The position numbers and the translations under genes were made by a program. A DNA stretch of 64,000 nt, from positions 96,100,001 through 96,164,000 of the forward strand of contig OZ024742.1 of the NCBI GenBank assembly GCA_964016885.1. The letters are read 5' to 3'. The DNA comes from Eledone cirrhosa (lineage: Eukaryota). A model generated the notes under the pieces. The model searched no databases. It saw nothing but the letters and a program-made list of their open reading frames with translations, and was not told the origin of the DNA. Of the stretch, positions 29,461-51,900 are shown one piece after another (positions within the stretch are counted from its first letter, which is position 1; each line of letters starts with the position of its first letter).

Positions 29461-32400
29461 CAGAGTGTCCGCCGCTGACACCAGACCAGGTGTCATACCG
29501 ACAGCCATTACTGGCACCCCAAAAGTCACACCAGTGCTGCTGCTGAATGTCAGGGGCCTGGTGAAACTCAGTAACATGGGTAAAATTTCCTACCTGGGGG
29601 ACTTAGCCATAAGCAATCAAGCACTATGCATGGCACTAACCGAAACGCACCTGACAAGCAGTATAGCAGATGCAGAAGTACATATACCGAAATATACTGT
29701 ATTTCGTTCGGACAGGAAGGAGAGAACTCATGGTGGGGTTGCTCTGTATATCCGTGAAGATGTCACACCAATTGTACTGTTGACACATTCAAACTCAGTC
29801 TGTGACACACTGATAATACATATGAAGCAACTACAGACAGTAATATGTGTCACATATCGGCCGCCCGACGTCCCCAGTCATGAGGTTAAATTTGAGGATA
29901 GCCTAAGTAGGATAGAAGAGGTCCTTGACAAACTGGACCAGGGTCTCAACATCCTACTGCTGGGATACTTCAACCTACCAAAGGTCAAATGGCCTGAGGG
30001 CCACCTCCTCCCTGGAATGACGTCGGTAGAACAGAGACAGACGGAATCCCTGCTGGCCCTCACACACAGGCTGTTCATGGAGCAAGCAATACTCCTCCCA
30101 ACAAGAGGCGAAAATGTCCTGGACCTCTGTTTTACAAACAACGAAGTGCTCCTCCACAATGTAAAGGTGACACCAACAATTCTCTCGGATCATAACTTAG
30201 TAGAGCTAATGATATGTGGTCCAAGAGAACCAACAGAGACAAAACCACCAAGAAGCTCCGGGACGCTATCCAGCCTTAACTTCTACAAGGCTAACTGGAA
30301 AAAGATTAAGAGTGAAATCCGGAAGCAAAGACACTAACACACATTTTCAACACTTCATGACAACGATACACACTATATGCAAAAAGTTTGTCCCGGAGAA
30401 AGAGGCAAACAGACACAAAAATCTTATTCCCAGAGATAGGAAAATCCTTATGAGACGTAGAACTAAACTCTCAAACCAGTGGAATAGTCAACAAAACAAA
30501 AACAAGAAGGAATCCTATTTGAAACGTGCACTACTTGACACCGAGATTGCACTCAAACTTTCACATGAGAATGAGAGGGCAAAGAAAGAGAACAGGGCCA
30601 TAGAAAACATTAAAACAAACCCCAAGACCTTCTTTAAATTTGCAAAAGAAACTGCCTCAGTACACTGCAATATTGGGCCACACTTCCACACGGACGGTTC
30701 ATTAACCGAAAACCCCCAAGAGATATGTGAAATACTGAACAAACAGTACAAAAGTGTGTTCACATGTCCACTGAGGCACATGCAAATAACGAAACCAGAG
30801 GAGTTCTTTGATGCCAAAACACTACATCAAGAAATGGCAACCATCAACCACATAGACATAACGGAGGAGGATGTGGTGTACGCCATTGATGAAATTAGAA
30901 CAGACTCGGCTGCTGGACCTGATGGATTCCCAGCAGTTCTCTTAAAAATATGTAAGCGGGCCTTAGCAACTCCACTGAAGATGCTCTTCAGAAGCTCCTT
31001 GGCTAGCGGTGTACTACCCAGGGAGCTGAAAGAAGGCACAATATGCACTATCCATAAAGGAGGTAGTAGAGCGGAGGCCAAGAACTATAGGCCAGTCTCC
31101 CTGACGTCGCATATCAGTAAGGTCATGGAGCGAGTCGTCAGAAAGAAACTAATCACTTTCCTCGAAGAAAATGACCGCCTGACTAGCACACAACATGGCT
31201 TCCGCCCAGGAAGAATCTGCCTTACACAGCTGCTACATCACTACGACTGGGTACTGAGACAACTACTAGACAGCTCACATGCGGACGTGATATATCTTGA
31301 CTTTGCGAAGGCCTTTGACAAGGTCGACCACGGAATGATATGTCACAAACTACACGGACTCGGCATAACTGAAAAAGTAGGTGAGTGGCTGCATGGCTTC
31401 CTAAGGGACAGAAGCCAGGCAGTCGCAGCAAATGGGGCCCTCTCGAGGGAAACACCGATAACAAGTGGGGTGCCCCAGGGGACAGTCCTGGGACCGCTAC
31501 TGTTCTTGGTGGCTCTCTCGGACATGCCCTCTGTGGTGCATGCAACAACATCCCTCACTAGCTATGCTGATGACACTAAGGTAGCACAGGCAATCAAAAA
31601 CCCGGCTGACGCTGCCCTTTTACAGCAGGATCTGGATGCCATATACAGATGGGCGGAAGAAAACAACATGCAGTTTAATGCTGGCAAATTCCAAGCCCTA
31701 CAATACAAACCTGCAAACACAAATATAGTGGAACAGAGCTACACAGGACCAGGAGGGACCGATATCCCCGTGTCAAAATCGATACGAGACCTGGGCATAG
31801 ACATGAGCGATGATGCATCTTTTTCTTCACACATCATGAAAGTGGCGACAACGTGCAGACGACTCGCTGGCTGGATCTTGAGGACTTTCCGGACAGGAGA
31901 TCGAGACACCGTGTTGACACTGTGGAGGACTTTTGTCCTAAACCGCCTGGACTACTGCTCCCAGTTGTGGTCACCCCATAGTCCATAGTGTCAAACTAAC
32001 CACGGAGCTTGAGGCAATCCAGCGAAGCTACACCAAGAGGATTGCCAAGATGAGGGAGACAAGCTACTGGGAGAGGCTGAAGGAACTGAACCTCTACTCC
32101 TTGGAGCGAAGACGGGAGAGATACGCAGTGATCTACATGTGGAAAATCCTGGAGGGACTAGCACCAAACTTTGGCATTGGGAGCTGGACCAACCGTCGAA
32201 CAGGACGTCACTGTGTGGTGCCAAAGGTCCCGTCTTCCACATCTAGAATAAGGAGCAGGTATTGCAATAGCCTGGGATTCAATGGCCCTCAACTCTTCAA
32301 CAGGCTACCAAGGCATCTGAGAGACTTGCATGACGTGGAGGTGGATGTCTTTAAGAAACATCTCAACACCTTGTTATCCAGGATCCCGGATGAACCCACA

Positions 32401-32546
32401 GCAAGACACGAGGGAAACCTAAGGGCAGCAGCAACAAACTCCCTCTTACACCAGTGGCCAACCTTTACAGGCTGGAGATAAAATGTGTAGCAACAAGGGC
32501 GGTGCCCCAGCATGGCCTCAGCCGGATAGCTGAAACAGGTAAAAGA
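29461..32546 (+). mobile_element. CR1-group LINE (AP endonuclease plus RT), disrupted
   Basis: LLNVRGL, LTETHL, YRPP, SDH; NYRPVSLTS, QHGFR, YLDFAKAFDKV, GVPQGTVLGP, YADD, LDYCSQLWSP. Frameshift near 30330 and a 7-bp duplication (CCATAGT x2) near 31976-31989. Both ends lie in TA repeats. Confidence 0.92.
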
Positions 32547-32608
32547 TATATATATATATATATACATATATATGTATATATGTACATATATATATATATA
32601 CATATATA

Positions 32609-34239
32609 GAGTGCCCCGCAATAGTTTACAACACATTAGGAAAAATGCGGTTTTAGGTATTTTTAATAAAGTTAGAGTAATGAAAATGTAACTACTGATA
32701 GAACATATAGTTAGGCATCTCATGATACAATTTAAAAAAAATAACAAAAAAATAACTCATGAAGAAAAATTAATATTTTTATAACGCAAAATTTTACAAC
32801 ACATTTTATATTTATCGCTTTTTTTTCAAGAAAATTCTTAAATTTTCAGATTTTAAATTCAGTAGAATGTTCTAGATTAGGTTTAAGGTAACTTCTAAGT
32901 ACAATTAAAAACATACGTCATGATTTGTCTGACAACCATCCTGTAAACATTGACAACCATCCTGTAAACATTGACAACCGTCCTGTAAACATTGACAATA
33001 TGGGGAAAAATAAACTGATTGATCAATACCTCCGTAAACGCATTGTAGACCTTCATACAAATGGTGTTGGTTATAGAAACATATCTTGTCAGTTAAATGT
33101 GCCATTGAGTTCAGTTGGTACTATAATTCGTCACTGGAAAACTCATCATTCCATCTGTCCTCTAATTAGTTCTGGTCGTCCTAGAAAGATAACGGAACGT
33201 GCAGCTCGGTTATTGACAAGAAAGGATGGCAACGAACCTCGGTGTACTCTTACAAATCTTCAGGATGACCTACAAGGAAGTGGAGTAAAAGTGAGCACAG
33301 ATACAATTACTCGTTCACTTCGTCGATATGATATCTTCTCGAGGTCTCCAAGGAAAACACCACTTCTTACGAGGAAACACGTTCTTCGTCGATTAAACTT
33401 TGCAAATGAGCATTTCATCAAACCTGTGTCATTTTGGGAAGATGTACTTTGGTCAGATGAAACAAAATTTGAAATTTTTCGTCGAAATGCTGTGGCAAAA
33501 GTCTGGAGAATGAAAGGTACTGAATATTCGACGAAGAATACTATTCCAACTGTAAAATTTGGAGGTGGATCAGTTATGGTCTGGGGTTGCTTTAGTGCCA
33601 CAGGTGTAGGAAATATTGAAATAATAGAAGGAAGAATGGATGACGCTTATTATAGAGGTATTTTGCAAAGGAATTTACATCAAAGTGCACATTCTCTCAG
33701 CTTAAAGCCAGGTTGGTTTTTTCAACAAGATAACGATCCAAAGCATACTGCAAAGCTAACACAGTCTTGGTTAAGTACGAATGGAATAAATGTTCTAAAA
33801 TGGCCAAGTCAGTCTCCAGATCTTAACCCGATCAAAAATTTGTGGAGAGAACTGAAACTCAGAATTCAAAAAAGGAAACCCCAAAATATCCCTGAACTAA
33901 AGAAAATTTGTTGTGAAGAATGGAAAAATATTAGCCAAGAAACATGCAAGAAGTTTGTAGGAGGCTACTCCAAACGCCTACAGGCTGTAATTAGCAACAA
34001 AGGTTACGCTACGAAATATTAAGAGATGATTTAATAAATGTGTTGTAAACTTTTGCGTTATAAAAATATTAATTTTTCTTCATGAGTTATTTCCTAGTTA
34101 TTTTTTTAAAAATATGATTGTATCATTACCTGCCTCATTATATGTTCTAACAGTAGTTAAATTTTCATTACCCTAGCTTTATTAAAAATACCTAAAACCG
34201 CAATTTTCATAATGTGCTGTAAACTTTTGCGGGGCACTG
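32609..34239 (+). mobile_element. Tc1-family DNA transposon with ~200-bp IR/DR-type TIRs
   Basis: TA|GAGTGCCCCGCAA at left, TTGCGGGGCACTG|TA at right. CGCAA..TTTACAACACATT occurs twice per TIR (~32618, ~32785; ~34037, ~34211). Confidence 0.96.
33000..34022 (+). CDS. Tc1 transposase (340 aa), DD34E glutamate replaced by lysine
   Basis: HTH, SGRPRK, WSDETK, FQQDNDPKH, SPDLNPIKNLW (normally NPIEN). ATG at 33000 follows a 21-bp x3 repeat at 32930-32997. Confidence 0.93.
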   Translation: MGKNKLIDQYLRKRIVDLHTNGVGYRNISCQLNVPLSSVGTIIRHWKTHHSICPLISSGRPRKITERAARLLTRKDGNEPRCTLTNLQDDLQGSGVKVSTDTITRSLRRYDIFSRSPRKTPLLTRKHVLRRLNFANEHFIKPVSFWEDVLWSDETKFEIFRRNAVAKVWRMKGTEYSTKNTIPTVKFGGGSVMVWGCFSATGVGNIEIIEGRMDDAYYRGILQRNLHQSAHSLSLKPGWFFQQDNDPKHTAKLTQSWLSTNGINVLKWPSQSPDLNPIKNLWRELKLRIQKRKPQNIPELKKICCEEWKNISQETCKKFVGGYSKRLQAVISNKGYATKY

Positions 34240-34248
34240 TATATATTT

Positions 34249-34295
<47 letters not shown>

Positions 34296-34479
34296 TATAT
34301 ATATACACATATATTCAGTAAATATATTAACAATTGTTAGTACGTGGATTAAATCCTTTTGTAACTGTTTACCTTCGTCCTATTTCTCTTTTTTGATTAC
34401 ACTCCTCGTTTGTTCGTGTTTCCACTACAGAATCCCTAATAACCTATATACATATATATACATATATACATCTATATAT

Positions 34480-34544
<65 letters not shown>

Positions 34545-34555
34545 CATATATATAT

Positions 34556-42360
<7,805 letters not shown>

Positions 42361-42468
42361 AACTTTGAAATGTTTTGGCCAGTATTGGCCCAGGCCATGT
42401 CTAACTTAATAGCACCACCTGGCGAAGTCTTTCAATTCAGGATTTGGGCACCATGGCCCATTCGAGAA

Positions 42469-42668
42469 NNNNNNNNNNNNNNNNNNNNNNNNNNNNNNNN
42501 NNNNNNNNNNNNNNNNNNNNNNNNNNNNNNNNNNNNNNNNNNNNNNNNNNNNNNNNNNNNNNNNNNNNNNNNNNNNNNNNNNNNNNNNNNNNNNNNNNNN
42601 NNNNNNNNNNNNNNNNNNNNNNNNNNNNNNNNNNNNNNNNNNNNNNNNNNNNNNNNNNNNNNNNNNNN
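42469..42668. other. Assembly gap (200 N)
   Basis: Run of N. Confidence 1.
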
Positions 42669-42700
42669 AAGATCAAAAGATGGTTAAAGGAGTTCAATAT

Positions 42701-42769
42701 ATTTTATTATGCGCATTTCAAAAACAAACATCATCAAACAATAATATTTGTGTTTTCATCAGATAAAAC
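42701..42769 (-). ncRNA. Type I hammerhead ribozyme (inverted copy)
   Basis: Reverse complement of 46137-46205. Confidence 0.85.
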
Positions 42770-44049
42770 AGGAGAACATGATATGAAGGCTAAAAAACAC
42801 TTGTTGATAGTGCAGTTTTAAATCAACATATGAAAAGTGGTTTTCGATTGATGTGTGATATTGGGAAAAATATTTTATTTAGAGAGGGGGGGAGAGAAAA
42901 GGATGAAAAGGGAAGGAGATGAGAGGGAGAGATGGGTGATAGAGAGAAAGAGATAGTTTTTATAACAGAGAGGAGATATATTTTATATAGAGGGGTTGAA
43001 AACCGTTGGAAGATACTGTATAAATTAAAAATTTTGAAAATTAACGAAGGGAGGATATGTGCGAGGAAAAAATATATTATATTTAGGGAGGGGTGGGGGT
43101 GGAAAGGATGAAAAAAAGGGGAGGAGATGAGAGTGAAGGTGGAAAGGGAGAGATGGGTGATAGAGAGAAAGAGATAGTTTTTATAACTGAGAAAAAGATA
43201 TAATGTTTTAATATAGAGAGGTTAAAGAATATATGAGTATATATTAAAAAAAAAAAAAAAATATATAATAATAAATTAAGGATGAAATTGAGATTAAAAA
43301 GATTTATGATAGAGGGAAAAAAAAATAATAATGATTGCGGATGAATATTCAAAATGTCAAAAACAAATGTTATTGTTTTACGAGAAGATAGGATGAGGTA
43401 AATGAATAAACGAGTACTATAGAGTGTATAATTCCCTTTAAAGTAAGGTAGATGGGTATATTTTAAAGAGGTGTATGTATATGTGCCTTTGAGAAAAAGA
43501 TTCTAAATTGATAAAGAATTGAATATTAACTGTATACTTTGTGAAAAGTTCTATGGAATTTATGCAGGCAGATGGAAAACAAATCCGAGCGTCTATTTAT
43601 TATGGATTCTAGGTTAGAGATAATGGTAAATTTTTCATTTAGGCAGAGATTACAGATTTTAGATAGAGAACTGTTCAAGTACGAGGATGCAGAAGAAATC
43701 TTTTTCCAAAAGATGTTATATTTAATGTTTTTGTCTTTTAAGGACCATATGAGTTCTGAGAGAGCAGTGTTAGTTCTTTTAAGTTTGTATTTGAAAGATG
43801 AATGATGATTATAGAGACGAGCTTTAAAAGAGGTGGAAGTGGAGCCAAAATAGGTGAAGGAGTTGGTGCTAGTTATAATTTTACATTCATAAATTAAGTT
43901 TTTATCGAGGCAATGGTTGTTGAGAGGACATTTATTTTTAATGCGGCAGTTGCAATTAGAGAGATTATTAATGAGTGATCTAGTGTTATCTATAGAAGGA
44001 ATTGGATTGGAGAAGTTGTTTGCGATAGGAATAATAGGAATAATAGTTT

Positions 44050-44901
44050 CCTTTCTCCATCTCTATTAATAACAATATTCCTAAATTATTTTTTAGTGCC
44101 TTAAATAAATGCTTCCCTCCCTCACATATCTATAGTAAAATATTTAACAAACACACCATTAAATTTTCGTATTCTACATCCTCCAATATTTCCAACATCA
44201 TTTCTAAACACAACAACAAAATATTAAATACTAAATCTCTTCCTTCCAATATTGAATCTCATAATAACAATAATAGTACTCCTGACGTCATTGTAAACCC
44301 TAGGCTAACTTCTGTAAACCCAAATGCAACGTCAAACACAACTTCGCTAAATGTTCATAATCCAACTCTAAATCAAGAAACTATTATTCCTATTATTCCT
44401 ATCGCAAACAACTTCTCCAATCCAATTCCTTCTATAGATAACACTAGATCACTCATTAATAATCTCTCTAATTGCAACTGCCGCATTAAAAATAAATGTC
44501 CTCTCAACAACCATTGCCTCGATAAAAACTTAATTTATGAATGTAAAATTATAACTAGCACCAACTCCTTCACCTATTTTGGCTCCACTTCCACCTCTTT
44601 TAAAGCTCGTCTCTATAATCATCATTCATCTTTCAAATACAAACTTAAAAGAACTAACACTGCTCTCTCAGAACTCATATGGTCCTTAAAAGACAAAAAC
44701 ATTAAATATAACATCTTTTGGAAAAAGATTTCTTCTGCATCCTCGTACTTGAACAGTTCTCTATCTAAAATCTGTAATCTCTGCCTAAATGAAAAATTTA
44801 CCATTATCTCTAACCTAGAATCCATAATAAATAGACGCTCGGATTTGTTTTCCATCTGCCTGCATAAATTCCATAGAACTTTTCACAAAGTATACAGTTA
44901 A
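44050..44901 (+). pseudogene. Naiad-type thumb/linker/GIY-YIG coding fragment (open frame with no ATG, absent from the ORF track)
   Basis: PFSISINNNIPKLFFSALNKCFPPSHIYSKIFNKHTIKFSYSTSSNI..CNCRIKNKCPLNNHCL..LIYEC..YFGSTSTSFKARLYNH..CNLCLNEK..CLH. Mirrored on minus at 43526-44050. Confidence 0.88.
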
Positions 44902-46136
44902 TATTCAATTCTTTATCAATTTAGAATCTTTTTCTCAAAGGCACATATACATACACCTCTTTAAAATATACCCATCTACCTTACTTTAAAGGGAATTATA
45001 CACTCTATAGTACTCGTTTATTCATTTACCTCATCCTATCTTCTCGTAAAACAATAACATTTGTTTTTGACATTTTGAATATTCATCCGCAATCATTATT
45101 ATTTTTTTTCCCTCTATCATAAATCTTTTTAATCTCAATTTCATCCTTAATTTATTATTATATATTTTTTTTTTTTTTTTTTAATATATACTCATATATT
45201 CTTTAAAATATACCCATCTACCTTACTTTAAAGGGCATTATACACTCTATAATACCCGTTTACTCATCACCCTCATTATATCTCCTCGTAAAACAATAAC
45301 ATTTGTTTTTGACATTTTGAGTATTCATCCGCAATCATTATTATTTTTTCTCTCTATCATAAATCTTTTTAATCTCAATTTCATCCTTAATTTATTATTT
45401 TTTTCTCCCCATCAACGAACTCATTATTAATACATATGAATTCAATATAAAAACTTTAACTTCACATTATTTTTCTCAAATCCTATACATAAACTTTTTC
45501 TCTTTGCTAATTTTAAAATTCCTACATTTCTCCTTTTGAATATTCACCCACAATTATTATTTTTTTTCTCCCTATCTCCATACATAATCTCCCTTCGTTA
45601 TTTTTTTCTCTCTATCTCCATACATAATTTCCCTTCGTTAATTTTCAAATTCCTTTAATTTATACATTATCTTCCAACGGTTCCCAACCTCTCTATATTA
45701 AAACATTATATCTTTTTCTCAGTTATAAAAACTATCTCTTTCTCTCTATCACCCATCTCTCCCTTTCCACCTTCACTCTCATCTCCTCCCCTTTTTTTCA
45801 TCCTTTCCACCCCCACCCCTCCCTAAATATAATATATTTTTTCCTCGCACATATCCTCCCTTCGTTAATTTCAAAATTTTTAATTTATACAGTATCTTCC
45901 AACGGTTTTCAACCCCTCTATATAAAATATATCTCCTCTCTGTTATAAAAACTATCTCTTTCTCTCTATCACCCATCTCTCCCTCTCATCTCCTTCCCTT
46001 TTCATCCTTTTCTCTCCCCCCCTCTCTAAATAAAATATTTTTCCCAATATCACATCAATCTAAAACCACTTTTCATATGTTGATTTAAAACTGCACTATC
46101 AACAAGTGTTTTTTAGCCTTCATATCATGTTCTCCT

Positions 46137-46205
46137 GTTTTATCTGATGAAAACACAAATATTATTGTTTGATGATGTTTGTTTTTGAAATGCGCATAAT
46201 AAAAT
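46137..46205 (+). ncRNA. Type I hammerhead ribozyme, palindromic stem III
   Basis: GTTTTAT-CTGATGA-AAACACAAATATTATT gttt GATGATGTTTGTTTTT-GAAA-TGCGCA-TA-ATAAAAT. Confidence 0.87.
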
Positions 46206-46330
46206 ATATTGAACTCCTTTAACCATCTTTTGACCTTATATTATGCATACTCCAGTCCCACAAACTGTAGAGTGCTTCTTATCCGATATCTGCATTGCTT
46301 TATTGTACTACAATAAAACTCACCTCCTAC

Positions 46331-47398
<1,068 letters not shown>

Positions 47399-47399
47399 A

Positions 47400-48081
47400 G
47401 GTTGTCGGGTTTTTTAAAGTTTGTGTTACATATCGACATGTCATTGGCGTCGCAGAATTCTAGAAGTCTGAATCCTTCCTCATTCCTTGTGCCAACTCCA
47501 TGGCCTCCATGTACTCTATTGAAGCCGTCGCAGTGTTTACCTACGTGTCCGTTAAAATCTCCTGCAATGATTAGGAAGTCCTTGTCGTCTGTTAGAGCAG
47601 TAGTGTGTATTAGGGACTCGTAAAACCTATCCTTAAGTTCGTCTGGCAGCCCCGATTGGGGTGCGTAAGCTGATATTATTGTGGTAATTGTCTTATTCAG
47701 GACTAGTCTGAGTTTAATGATTCTTGCAAATACCCTGTACACTGAGATTACTTTATCTACCCACTTGTCAGCTAATAGTATACCTACACCACCCATCCCA
47801 TCGTCATTTCCCACCCAGAAAAATTTGTAGCACTGACTTTTTCCTACAAGGACTCTAGCAGACCCTCCTCTCCATCTAGTCTCTTGCACACAGCATACAT
47901 CAACTTCCTTTCGCTCTAGCATTTCTATGATTTCTCCTGCTCTTCCTTTCATTGAGCCTACATTGATGGTACCAACTCGGAGTTTTGGGCATTTGTCGAC
48001 ACTCGTAGGGGAGGATCTCTGGGTTGGCGCTTCACGTGGGTGCTTGGTGCTTGAGCTCAGCTGTCGGGGTCTTACTGGTTC
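47400..48081 (-). mobile_element. Inverted copy of the 5' ~680 bp (AP endonuclease) of the adjacent RTE
   Basis: Reverse complement of 48901-49581 with about 5 differences. ORF reads CCVQETRW, ISAYAPQ, IAGDFNGHVG. Confidence 0.93.
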
Positions 48082-48408
48082 CTATATAAAATATATATAT
48101 ATATATATATAAAATATATATATATATATATATAAAATATATATATATATTAAATATATATATATATATATATAAAATATATATATATATATATAAAATA
48201 TATATATATATATATATAAAATATATATATATATATATATAAAATATATATATATATATATATAAAATATATATATATATATATATAAAATATATATATA
48301 TATATATAAAATATATATATAAAATATATATATATATATATATAAAATATATATATATATATATAAAATATATATATATATATATAAAATATATATATAT
48401 ATATATAA

Positions 48409-48464
<56 letters not shown>

Positions 48465-48481
48465 ATATATATATATATATA

Positions 48482-48565
<84 letters not shown>

Positions 48566-48900
48566 ATATATATATATATATATTTTATATATATATATAT
48601 ATATTTTATATATATATATATATATTTTATATATATATATATATATTTTATATATATATATATATATTTGATATATATATATATATATTTTATATATATA
48701 TATATATATATTTTATATATATATATATATATATTTTATATATATATATATATATATTTTATATATATATATATATATTTTATATATATATATATATATA
48801 TTTAATATATATATATATATTTTATATTTAATATATATATATATATTTTATATATATATATATATATATTTTATATATATATATATATATATTTTATATA

Positions 48901-51900
48901 GGAACCAGTAAGACCCCGACAGCTGAGCTCAAGCACCAAGCACCCACGTGAAGCGCCAACCCAGAGACCCTCCCCTACGAGTGTCGACAAATGCCCAAAA
49001 CTCCGAGTTGGTACCATCAATGTAGGCTCAATGAAAGGAAGAGCAGGAGAAATCATAGAAATGCTAGAGCGAAAAGAAGTTGATGTATGCTGTGTGCAAG
49101 AGACTAGATGGAGAGGAGGGTCTGCTAGAGTCCTTGTAGGAAAAATCAGTGCTACAAATTTTTCTGGGTGGGAAATGACGATGGGATGGGTGGTGTAGGT
49201 ATACTATTAGCTGACAAGTGGGTAGATAAAGTAATCTCAGTGTACAGGGTAAATGCAAGAATCATTAAACTCAGACTAGTCCTGAATAAGACAATTACCA
49301 CAATAATATCAGCTTACGCACCCCAATCGGGGCTGCCAGACGAACTTAAGGATAGGTTTTACGAGTCCCTAATACACACTACTGCTCTAACAGACGACAA
49401 GGACTTCCTAATCATTGCAGGAGATTTTAACGGACACGTAGGTAAACACTGCGACGGCTTCAATAGAGTACATGGAGGCCATGGAGTTGGCACAAGGAAT
49501 GAGGAAGGATTCAGACTTCTAGAATTCTGCGACGCCAATGACATGTCGATATGTAACACAAACTTTAAAAAACCCGACAACCACCTGATCACCTATAGAT
49601 CAGGGGAGCACTCTAGTCAGTTAGATTTTATCCTCATCAGAGGACGTGACAGATGGACGGTCGTAAACACAAAAGCCTTCCCTAGTGAGGAATGTACATC
49701 CCAACATAGCTTAGTTGTCAGCGACCTCACGGTCAGAACTAGACGAGCCCTGAAACAGAGGCCAACCTGGAGAAGAAAGATCTGGAAGCTGAAAGTCCCC
49801 TCAACCAGTAACAGATTTAAAGATATTTTACTCAACGCCTACGACAGTAAAGAAGAACAGATAAAGACATTTAACGTAGAAGAGAACTGGGAGTTCCTAA
49901 AAAATAACTTACTAGAGGCGACGGATGAGGTTTGTGGCTGGAGTAAGACCTCAAGCAGGAGGAGAGTGACTTGGTGGTGGAACAATAAGGTAGATGAAGC
50001 AGTCAAGGCCAAGAGACAGGCATGGAAAGAATGGAAGAACGGGGGGAGCAGGGTACATTACATAGAGACCAAGAGGGAAGCTAGGCGACAAGTATACTTA
50101 GCTAGGAGGGAAGCAGAGGATAGAAAATTCAAGCATGTTTTACAACGTGAGGACCAGAAACAGGAGGTATTCAAGATTGCGAGGCAGTGTGTCAGAGATA
50201 GTTGTGATGTCATTGGAGAGAAGTGTATCCGGAATGATAAAGGTGAGCTTGCCCTCACAAGTGCTGAGAAGAAAGATGCATGGAAGAGTCATTATGATAG
50301 ATTACTAAATGAGGAGAATGCATGGGAAGAAGAGACCCTACCCCACGTAGACCCTATAGAGGGACCAGCAGTACAAGTCAGCGGCAGCGTAGTAAGTAAG
50401 GCAATCAGAGATATGAAGATAGGGAAGGCAACCGGTCCATCGGGTATAGCTGCCGAGATGCTGAAGGCATCTGGGTCTGTAGGTCACACTATAACCACAC
50501 GTATCGTTAACCAGGTAATACTAGAGGGGGCCATACCAAAAGATTGGTGCAGTAGCATCATTGTCAACTGCTACAAAGGTAAAGGCGATGCACTAGATAG
50601 AGGAAACTATAGAGGTATAAAGTTGATGGACCAGGTCATGAAAGTAACAGAAAGAGTTATAGCACAGCTGATTAGGGACCGGGTGAATATAGACGAGATG
50701 CAATTTGGGTTTGTACCAGGGAAAGGCACCACTGATGCCCTCTTCCTTGTGAGGCAATTACAGGAAAAGTACCTAGCTAAAAGTAAGCCACTCTACTTAG
50801 CATTTGTCGACCTTGAGAAAGCCTTTGACAGAGTTCCACGTGCAGTAATCTGGTGGGCTCTTAGAAAACTAGGAGTAGATGAATGGCTTGTGAAAGCGGT
50901 ACAAGCCATGTATAGGGGAGCAGTCAGCAAAGTTAGGATTGGCAATGAGTATAGCGAGGAATTTAGCGTACAGGTTGGGGTCCACCAGGGCTCTGTTCTT
51001 AGCCCTCTCCTGTTCATCATAGTCCTGCAGGCAATAACGGAGGAGTTTAAGACCGGATGCCCATGGGAACTCCTGTATGCTGATGACCTCGCACTCATAG
51101 CTGAATCTATGGTAGAACTAGAGAATAAATTCCAAACCTGGAAGCAGGGACTAGAGAGAAAGGGCCTCAAAGTCAACATGACAAAGACTAAGGTCCTTGT
51201 AAGTAGACGAGAAAACAGAACCCAGATCCCCTCAGGGAAATGGCCTTGCTCAGTATGTAGGAAAGGTGTAGGTAGGAACTCCATTCTCTGCCCCAAATGC
51301 AAACAATGGGTACACAAGAGATGTAGCGGGATCTCAGGAAGCTTAATTAAGAATGTAGGATTCACATGCAGCAGCTGTGCTGAAACAGCAAGCAGCAAAC
51401 AGCCACAGGAAACAAGTACCACCAATCTCTGGGAGGGCCCTGTAGAAACAGTAGACAGCTTCTGCTACCTAGGTGACCGAATTAGCAACGGAGGTGGGTG
51501 CTCAGAAAGTACAATAACTAGGGTAAGAACGGGATGGAAGAAGTTTAGGGAACTACTACCACTGCTAGCTGCAAAAGGCTTCTCCCTCAGAATGAAAGGC
51601 AGACTGTATGATGCGTGTATCCGAACAGCGATGTTGCATGGTAGTGAGACCTGGGCGCTGAAGGTGGAAGACTTACGTAGATTAGAGAGAAACGAAGCCT
51701 GCATGCTCCGATGGATGTGTAACAGTAATATACGTGAACGACAAAGCATAAAGGAATTGAGAGAGAGACTGAGCATAAGAGGAATCAAATGCTGCGTGCA
51801 GGAGAGGCGGTTACGCTGGTATGGACATGTGATGCGTATGAAGGATGACAGCTGCATAAAAAGGTGCAGAGCACTAGAAGTTGATGGAAACCGCAGAGTG

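Larger units (their letters stand above)
42669..46330 (+). mobile_element. Second Naiad-type PLE, 5'-truncated, with large inverted duplication
   Basis: 42669-44050 is the reverse complement of 44377-46237, minus an internal ~480 bp. The 3' tail ends in (TA)n. Confidence 0.9.

Noticed and set aside
32925-32999. N-terminal extension of the transposase ORF (DNHPVNI repeats)
   Set aside because: It is a 21-bp tandem repeat in the 5' UTR read from a non-ATG start. ATG at 33000 gives the normal Tc1 length.
42361-42468. Short unique segment with a CTCF-like motif (CGCCAGGTGGTGCT on minus)
   Set aside because: A single imperfect short match cut off by the gap cannot be supported.
43572-44855. Identical 77-aa ORF pair (MENKSERLF..) on opposite strands
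   Set aside because: It is the antisense shadow of the GIY-YIG frame, duplicated by the inversion.
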